Assembly: GCA_049602735.1 (NCBI GenBank)
Contig: JBMYRW010000005.1
Location: forward strand, 20,604-84,603
Length of the DNA: 64,000 bases
Reading direction: 5' to 3'
DNA from: Thermoplasmatota archaeon
GTDB lineage: Archaea > Thermoplasmatota > E2 > JACPAO01 > JAHFTW01
The stretch's first letter is position 1; each line of letters starts with the position of its first letter. The notes under the pieces were generated by a model that was not told the DNA's origin, ran no database searches, and saw nothing but the letters and a program-made list of their open reading frames with translations. The position numbers and the translations under genes are program-made. Of this stretch, positions 58,158 through 64,000 are shown in pieces.

Positions 58158-60464
58158 CTACAACCCCCGCTCCACCTGCCACTCCCGTTCCACATCCGGA
58201 TCGACGAACCGGGGCCTGATGCCTTCACTGAACAGCCGCCGGGGCGTGGCGGGCTCGGGCTTGGGTGCAGGTTCCGCCACGGCGGCCACGGCGACCACCG
58301 ACGCGGCCGGCGTCGCCGGCCTGGCAGGCGCGTCCTCCGGCGCCGGGTTGCGCGCCCGCTTGGGGACGCCGAGGCGGTCGGGGACGAAGCTGGCGAGCAC
58401 CGGCAGCAGGGTGAGGCTGACGATGAACGCGCAGGTGACCACGATGGCTGCGACGATGCCAAAGTGGCGCAGCGGCACGAGGCTGCTGAAGCCGAGGACG
58501 CTGAACGCGAACACGGTCGTGATGCTGGCGGCGAGGACGGGGCGGCCGACGGAGCGCATGGCGGCATCCGCAGCGTCCCGGCTGGTGCGCCCCTTGGCCC
58601 GTTCCTCCTGGAAGTGGGCCATGATGTGGAGACTGTAGTCGACGCCGACACCGATGATCATGGCGGTCATCACACCGGTGATGGGGTTGATCGGGATGTC
58701 CACGAGGGTCTGGACGCCGAGCTGCCAGACGACAGTGATGACAAGGGGCGCGAAGGCGAGGCCGGCGGCGACGGGGTGGCGGAAGACCACGAGGAGCAGG
58801 AGGACGACGAGCACGAGGGCGATGGCGGTACTCTTGAACAGGCTGTCCAGGAAGACCGCTTGGCTCTCCCGTTCCATGACGTCCACGCCGGTGAGGCCCG
58901 CGGTGAGGGGGCTGGCCTCGGCGATTGCTTCCACTCCGGCCAGGGCCGCTTCCCGGTCGTCGTAGCGGTAGCCGACGGTGACGAGCCAATGCTCCTGGGT
59001 GGCGACCCCTTCGGTGGCGGGGCCGACCAGGGGGCCATCCGGGGTGCCGGCGCGTTCCAGGCGGTGGATGGGGCCGTCGACGAAGCCCACCAGCGGGTGG
59101 AATTCGAAGGAGCGTTCCAGGATCTCCAGGTCGTCGCGGTCGCCCGCGTCGATGAGGAAGGAGGCGATGTTCTGGCCGCCGAAGCGGTCCTGGATCTCGT
59201 TGAAGTCCATGATGACCGGGACGTCTTCGTCCGGTTCGAACTCGATGCTGTCTTCGACGGAGACGAAGGCGGCGGCGGTGCCGAGGCCGGCGGTGGCGAC
59301 GAGGACGAGGATGAGGACGGGGACGCGGTGGCGCATGATGCGGTCGGTGAGGCCGTTCATGGCGCCGTCGAGGGGGAGTCGGGTGACGCGGGGCTTCTTG
59401 CGGCGCAGCTTGTAGAGGGCGGGCAGCAGCAGGAAGCCGAGGATGAAGGCGTACAGGGCGCCGCTGCCGATGAGGAGGCCCCAGGTGCGGATCTGGGGGA
59501 TGTTGCTGGCGAGGAAGCTGCCGAAGCCGATGAGCGTCGTGGCGGCGGTGAAGAAGACCGGGTAGCCGACGTGGCCGCTGGCGCCCCGGAACCGTTCGGG
59601 CACCGGCTTGTCCTGGGGCTGTTCGCGGTAGGCATAGACGATGTGGAGCATGTAGTCGATGCCGAGGCCAAGCAGGAGCGGCATGACGATGAAGCTGGGC
59701 GGGGCGAGGGCCATGCCGGCCCAGGCGACGGTGCCGTACGCCATCACGATGGCGAGCAGGACGGTGATGAGGGGGACGGCGACGTCCTGGAAGCGGCGGA
59801 ACAGGGCGCCCAGGAGGACGATGACGGCGACGAGACTGAGGGGCATGAGGAAGCCCACGTCGCCACCGGCGCTGTTGTTCTGGTAGTCCTCGATGAAGAG
59901 GATGCCTGCGGCACGGACATCGGTGCCCAGGGGAACGGCGGCGCTGGCGTCCCGGATCGCTTCCAGGTCGGCGACCGTGGCCGGGATGTCGTCCACCCGT
60001 TCGAGGGTGACGCGCATGAGGAGGGCATCGGAGGCGGCGAAGGCGTCGGCCTGGCCGCTGGTGATCGCCTGCTGGGCGGCGCTACGGAGCTGGGGGTCAG
60101 GTACCTGGTCGAGGTCGCCCATGCGGGCTTCGAGCACCTGCGCCAAGGAGGCGACGCCGAGGACGCCGTCCAGCTCGAGGAGCGTCTCGCCGTCGTCGGC
60201 CACGGCGCGCAACAGGGCTGGGTCGGTGGGGTCGTCGTCGATGTACAGGAAGAAGCTGCCTTCCGTCTCACCCCAGATCTCCTCGATGTCCCGCTGCACC
60301 GCAAGGGCCGGCAGGTCGTCGGGGACGAACAGTTCGTTGATGCGTCCCTCTTCGGCTTGGCTCATGCCTGCGCCGGCACCGCCGACGGCGACGAGCGCGA
60401 TCAGGATGGCGGCCCAGGGGTGGCTGGAGGACCAGGCGGAGAGGGCGGCGAACGGGTTGGCCAC
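58158..60464 (-). CDS. RND-superfamily/MMPL-type exporter (paralogue of 62011..64000)
   Basis: LLLGLGIDYMLHIVYAYRE and MIIGVGVDYSLHIMAHFQEE. GTG at 60464 (VANPFAALSAWSSSHPWAAILIALV) chosen. The track's longer 5' end overlaps the marR gene. Confidence 0.85.
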   Translation of the reverse strand: MANPFAALSAWSSSHPWAAILIALVAVGGAGAGMSQAEEGRINELFVPDDLPALAVQRDIEEIWGETEGSFFLYIDDDPTDPALLRAVADDGETLLELDGVLGVASLAQVLEARMGDLDQVPDPQLRSAAQQAITSGQADAFAASDALLMRVTLERVDDIPATVADLEAIRDASAAVPLGTDVRAAGILFIEDYQNNSAGGDVGFLMPLSLVAVIVLLGALFRRFQDVAVPLITVLLAIVMAYGTVAWAGMALAPPSFIVMPLLLGLGIDYMLHIVYAYREQPQDKPVPERFRGASGHVGYPVFFTAATTLIGFGSFLASNIPQIRTWGLLIGSGALYAFILGFLLLPALYKLRRKKPRVTRLPLDGAMNGLTDRIMRHRVPVLILVLVATAGLGTAAAFVSVEDSIEFEPDEDVPVIMDFNEIQDRFGGQNIASFLIDAGDRDDLEILERSFEFHPLVGFVDGPIHRLERAGTPDGPLVGPATEGVATQEHWLVTVGYRYDDREAALAGVEAIAEASPLTAGLTGVDVMERESQAVFLDSLFKSTAIALVLVVLLLLVVFRHPVAAGLAFAPLVITVVWQLGVQTLVDIPINPITGVMTAMIIGVGVDYSLHIMAHFQEERAKGRTSRDAADAAMRSVGRPVLAASITTVFAFSVLGFSSLVPLRHFGIVAAIVVTCAFIVSLTLLPVLASFVPDRLGVPKRARNPAPEDAPARPATPAASVVAVAAVAEPAPKPEPATPRRLFSEGIRPRFVDPDVEREWQVERGL

Positions 60465-60486
60465 GTGCCCGCGAGGAAGGTTCGCT

Positions 60487-60501
60487 ACTAAACCGTTTAG
60501 T
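60487..60501. promoter_or_regulatory. 15-nt palindrome (ACTAAAC-c-GTTTAGT) in the MarR/exporter divergent spacer; candidate MarR operator
   Basis: Read directly. It lies between GTG 60464 (exporter, minus) and GTG 60520/60538 (MarR, plus). Confidence 0.45.
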
Positions 60502-60537
60502 CCAAAACCATTTACCGGGGTGCCCTCTGCTTGGCCG

Positions 60538-60987
60538 GTGGACGACGAGACCGTCCGCGGCATCCTGCTGCGCCTGCGCACCTTCACCCACGTCATGCAC
60601 GACCGGGTGCGCCAAGAGGCCCCGCCCGGCCTGAGCATGCAGCACATGCTCCTCCTGAAGACACTCATCGAGGCAGGGCCCCAACCGCAAGGTCGTCTCG
60701 TCGAGCACCTGGGCGTCACCAAGGGCGCCGTCAGCCAGGCCGTGGGGCAACTGGAGGCGGCAGGCCTCGTCGAACGCCGCAAGGACGAGACCGACGGCCG
60801 CATCCAATGGGTCCACCCGACGGCCAAGGCGGACGCCAAGCGAGAGCAGGTGGAGGGACGGATGACCGCCCTCTTCGCCGACCTCTTTGACACCTGGAGC
60901 GACCAGGACGCCCAGCGCTTCGCCGACCTCCTCGACGGCCTCATCGAACGGGCCAAGGGAAGTCTCGCCGCCTGCGACGACGCCTGA
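60538..60987 (+). CDS. MarR-family transcriptional regulator (alternative start GTG 60520)
   Basis: LSMQHMLLLKTLIEAGPQPQGRLVEHLGVTKGAVSQAVGQLEAAGLVERRKDETDGR. Confidence 0.8.
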   Translation: MDDETVRGILLRLRTFTHVMHDRVRQEAPPGLSMQHMLLLKTLIEAGPQPQGRLVEHLGVTKGAVSQAVGQLEAAGLVERRKDETDGRIQWVHPTAKADAKREQVEGRMTALFADLFDTWSDQDAQRFADLLDGLIERAKGSLAACDDA

Positions 60988-61019
60988 ACCACCTAAACCC
61001 GCCCCGCCGCTGCCGCCCC

Positions 61020-62024
61020 GTGACGCGCATCCTGGTCATCGGCCCCGGGGCCCTTGGCATCCCCACCGCCATCCGACTCCACAACGCCGGCCACGACGTG
61101 CTCCTCGCCGTCCGCAACAAGGAGAAGGCCGAGCGGCTCGAAGCGATAGGCCTCACCATGACCGCCCCGGACGGAGGCCAAGAGACCGCCACCGTCGCCT
61201 GCGTCCACGACCCCGCCCAGCTCGCCGACGTGCCCGTCGACCTGCTCATCCACACGACGAAATGTTCCGTCGCCGCCGACGTCCTACGCCACTGGCTCGC
61301 CGCGCTCGCGCCGGACGGCCACGTGATCCCGTTTCAGAACGGCCTCATGGCCGGCGAACTGCAACCGATCGCCGGCGACCGCTACGTCGAATGCAGCGTC
61401 TACTGGCCCGCCACCCTCACGAAGGTTGGCCACAGCCACATGACCGGCCCCGGCCACCAGGTCCTGGGGCCCTACCCCAAAGGCGAGCCAGGCCCGGAAC
61501 ACCAGGAACTCGCCCGCCTCCTTGGCGCCGTGACGCCCACCGAGGCCCACGCCGACATGCAGGCCGTCAAGTGGAGCAAGCTGACCCTCAACAGCGCCAT
61601 GACGTGCCTCGGCGTCGCCACGGGCGCGACCATGCGGGAGATGATGGCCCACAAGCCGACCCGCGCGGCCTTCCTCGCCGTCATCAGGGAAGGGCTCGCG
61701 GTCATGGCCGCCCAAGGCATCCAGCCGGTCGCCATTGGCAACAGCAAGCCGGGCCTCCTTTCACGGCTGCCCGACCCCGTCGCCCACCTGGTGCTGCGGC
61801 TCTTGGCACGCAAGTACGGTGACTACCGCTCCAGCAGCACACAAAGCCTGGCGCGGGGCGAACCGACGGAGGTGCCCTACCTCAACGGTGTCATCGTGGC
61901 AGCCGGCCAGGAGTATGGCGTGGCCACGCCGGTCAACGCGGGCCTCGTCGAAGCGGTGGCGCGCGTCGAGGCGGGTCAGGTCAAGTCGGGATTCGGTCTC
62001 GTCGAACAGGTCATGGGCGCCTGA
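61020..62024 (+). CDS. panE: 2-dehydropantoate 2-reductase (ketopantoate reductase) family
   Basis: RILVIGPGALGIPTAIRL (Rossmann), KWSKLTLNSAMTCL and STQSLARGEPTEVPYLNGVIV. Confidence 0.85.
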   Translation: MTRILVIGPGALGIPTAIRLHNAGHDVLLAVRNKEKAERLEAIGLTMTAPDGGQETATVACVHDPAQLADVPVDLLIHTTKCSVAADVLRHWLAALAPDGHVIPFQNGLMAGELQPIAGDRYVECSVYWPATLTKVGHSHMTGPGHQVLGPYPKGEPGPEHQELARLLGAVTPTEAHADMQAVKWSKLTLNSAMTCLGVATGATMREMMAHKPTRAAFLAVIREGLAVMAAQGIQPVAIGNSKPGLLSRLPDPVAHLVLRLLARKYGDYRSSSTQSLARGEPTEVPYLNGVIVAAGQEYGVATPVNAGLVEAVARVEAGQVKSGFGLVEQVMGA

Positions 62025-64000
62025 AGCGCCCCTCCTCCGCCCGCTTGGCTGCCATCGTCTCCTCGTACCAGGCCTGCACGTCCGGGTCTTCGAAGCGCGG
62101 CGTCACCGTGAAGCGGCGCGGTGTGGCCGCGGTCGTCCGGGTCGCGGGGGCTCGATCTGCCGGAGGCGCAGGGGCACCCGTCGGCGCCGTGGAAGGCCCG
62201 TAGTCCGCCTTGACCCTGAAGCTGGTGAGCACCGGCATGACGACGAGGCTCACCAGGAACGCCGACAGGACCACGATGCCGGCGACCACACCGAACTGGG
62301 ACAACTGGGTCGACTGGCTGAACCCGAGAACGAAGAACGCCGCCGCCGTCGTGATGGAGCCGGCGACCACCGGCTTGCCCACGTGCACGATGGCGTCGCG
62401 GCTGGCGGCCACCGCATCCTTGCCCTCCTGTTTGGCGTACCGGAACCGGCTCATCAAGTGCAGCGAGTAGTCGACGCCGACGCCGAGGACCATGGCCGTC
62501 GTGACGCCGGTGACGGCGTTGAGGGGGATGCCGATGAGGCCCTGGATGCCGAACTGCCACAGGACCACGAAGACCAGCGGCAGGAACGTGATGAGGGCGT
62601 CCAGCGGCCGTCGCAGCACCACGAGCAGCAGTACGAGGATCAGGCCGGCGGCGACCGCCGTCGAGTAGATGAGGCTGTCCAGCACGTCGCCTTGGCTCTG
62701 CCGCTGGATGGCGCCCTGGCCGGTGGCGATGGCATCGAGGCCCGCGTCGTCCGTCACCTCCAGCACGCCGTCGATCACCAGTTCCTCTTCGTCGAACGGG
62801 TACGCGAAGATGACGAGCGCCGCATCACCGCGCACGATGTCCGAGAGCGCCTCGGAGCGCAGCGCCTCCCGGTAGGCTTCCCCTTCCGGCACGCTGCCTT
62901 GGAGACGCTCCATGCGGGTCGTGGGTCCGTCCACCGTCGCCACGCCCGGCAGACCGGCCAGCTGCCGCTCGAAGGCGAGCAGATCGTCGCGCTCCGTGGG
63001 CACGTCGTCGCGGACGTAGATGAGGCCCGTGACGGCGCCGCCGAAGCGGTCGTTGATGCGCTCCATCGCCTGGATGTACGGATGGCTGTCGTCCAGGTCC
63101 ACTTCCAAGGTGCGCTCCACGTCCATCTGTGTCGCCGCCACGCCGAGGCCAAGGGTCAACACGCCGACCACGGACAGGGCGGCGACGCGATGGGTGAGGA
63201 CCAGGTCGCCGAAGCGCTCCAGTCCGCGCTCCAGCCCCTTACCGACCTCGCTGCGTTTCTTGGGCCGCCGCGTCAAGCGATACAGCGCCGGCATCAGGAG
63301 GAAGCCGAGCAGGAAGGAGAAGAGAGCGCCGGCGCCGATGAGGGCGCCCCAGTAGCGAACCTGCGGGATGGGGCTCACCAGGAAGGAGCCGAAGCCGATG
63401 CCGGTGGTCAGCGCCGTGTAGAAGACCGGCTTGCCCACCCGCGCCGCCGTGAACTCGAACCGCTTCTCCGATGGCAACGCCGGGTCCTCCTCCCGGTAGT
63501 CGTAGACGATGTGGAGCAGGTAGTCGATGCCCAGGCCCAGGATGAGCGGCATCACGGAGAACATGAGAGGGCTGAACGGCACCCCGAAGAACGGCATCAC
63601 ACCGTACGTCATGACGATCGCCGTGAACACCGTCGCCAACGGGATCACCACGTCGCCAGGGCGGCGGAACAACGCGCCCAGGAAGAGGGCGATGAGGCCG
63701 ATGGAGAGGGGCAGCAGCAGGGCGACATCGGACGCCCCGGATTCGTCGTAGGCGACGACACCGAACGGGTAGCCACCCGCGATGACATCGCCCGTGGTGA
63801 ATTCGTCCACTGCGGCGAGGATCGTTTCCACCGCCGTCGGCGCATCGGTGTTGATCTCCAACGCGATCGGCATCTGGAGCGCGTCGTCCCGGAGCAGCCG
63901 CGCCGCCGCGTCGGGTCGCTCTTGCAGGTATACCTGGGTCGCCGACCGGATCTCCTGATCGCTGGCGTCCTCCAGGTCGCCCACGCGTTCCGCCACCGCT
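62011..64000 (-). CDS. RND-superfamily/MMPL-type exporter, 5' end outside the window
   Basis: LILGLGIDYLLHIVYDYREE and MVLGVGVDYSLHLMSRFRYAKQE. Colinear with 58158..60464. The frame is open to the window edge. Confidence 0.85.
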   Translation of the reverse strand, partial: AVAERVGDLEDASDQEIRSATQVYLQERPDAAARLLRDDALQMPIALEINTDAPTAVETILAAVDEFTTGDVIAGGYPFGVVAYDESGASDVALLLPLSIGLIALFLGALFRRPGDVVIPLATVFTAIVMTYGVMPFFGVPFSPLMFSVMPLILGLGIDYLLHIVYDYREEDPALPSEKRFEFTAARVGKPVFYTALTTGIGFGSFLVSPIPQVRYWGALIGAGALFSFLLGFLLMPALYRLTRRPKKRSEVGKGLERGLERFGDLVLTHRVAALSVVGVLTLGLGVAATQMDVERTLEVDLDDSHPYIQAMERINDRFGGAVTGLIYVRDDVPTERDDLLAFERQLAGLPGVATVDGPTTRMERLQGSVPEGEAYREALRSEALSDIVRGDAALVIFAYPFDEEELVIDGVLEVTDDAGLDAIATGQGAIQRQSQGDVLDSLIYSTAVAAGLILVLLLVVLRRPLDALITFLPLVFVVLWQFGIQGLIGIPLNAVTGVTTAMVLGVGVDYSLHLMSRFRYAKQEGKDAVAASRDAIVHVGKPVVAGSITTAAAFFVLGFSQSTQLSQFGVVAGIVVLSAFLVSLVVMPVLTSFRVKADYGPSTAPTGAPAPPADRAPATRTTAATPRRFTVTPRFEDPDVQAWYEETMAAKRAEEGRFRRP

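Noticed and set aside
57921-60491. 856-aa plus-strand ORF
   Set aside because: Antisense to the MMPL exporter 58158..60464.
60465-60992. Track's longer 5' end (944 aa) for the exporter 58158..
   Set aside because: It overlaps the whole MarR gene on the other strand. The exporter's hydrophobic N-terminus begins right after GTG 60464.
1-64000. Search by eye for rRNA, tRNA (T-loop GTTCRAATC-type motifs in all spacers over 60 nt), CRISPR arrays, IS elements, integrases and inteins
   Set aside because: None found. Intergenic spacers are short, regularly spaced direct repeats are absent, and no transposase or integrase motifs occur in any long ORF. A covariance-model scan (tRNAscan/Infernal) would be needed to exclude small RNAs.

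Overview
High-GC (about 60-78% in hand-counted 60-nt lines), densely coding archaeal chromosome segment. Archaeal identity rests on Topo VI A/B, aIF2-alpha, ribosomal proteins L44e and S27e, Nop10, Pcc1, prefoldin beta, a PAC2-type proteasome chaperone, archaeal-type LeuRS/AspRS/SerRS, a PGF-CTERM surface protein and LAGC-lipobox lipoproteins. The proteome is only mildly acidic and lysine-containing, and the cell is aerobic (A-type haem-copper oxidase). This would fit an uncultured marine Thermoplasmatota/Marine Group II-III-like euryarchaeote, but that is inference only. I recognise about 63 protein genes and no rRNA, tRNA, CRISPR array, transposase or integrase. Housekeeping content: top6AB, leuS, gdhA, pyrC, trmI, pfdB, fdxA, coxA/B/C, aspS, serS, the L44e-S27e-aIF2a-Nop10-PAC2 operon, panE and a UbiB kinase. 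Accessory content: many secreted or lipoprotein beta-propeller, protease and fibre-like proteins; a wHTH-FHA regulator with a polytopic Hanks kinase; a TRASH-Lrp regulator with CopZ; and three RND/MMPL exporters, one with a divergent MarR. Most notable: (1) two low-GC (about 42-53%) islands. One (45.9-48.4 kb) carries a phage-tail-fibre-like protein with a peptidase-S74 chaperone domain. The other (55.8-58.15 kb) carries an antitoxin/RelE-like pair plus a large CorA-like protein that ends right after a GMD motif. (2) A bacterial PlsB-type glycerol-3-phosphate acyltransferase. (3) CoxB and a sugar-dehydrogenase-like beta-propeller, each fused to a type-1 copper domain beside the oxidase. (4) Duplicated 3'-terminal gene segments downstream of gdhA, fdxA and aspS, plus a perfect 30-nt palindrome upstream of aspS. 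The ORF track extends ORFs to the furthest upstream ATG/GTG/TTG, so many starts were trimmed by eye and remain uncertain. All family calls are motif recognition by eye, with no searches run.
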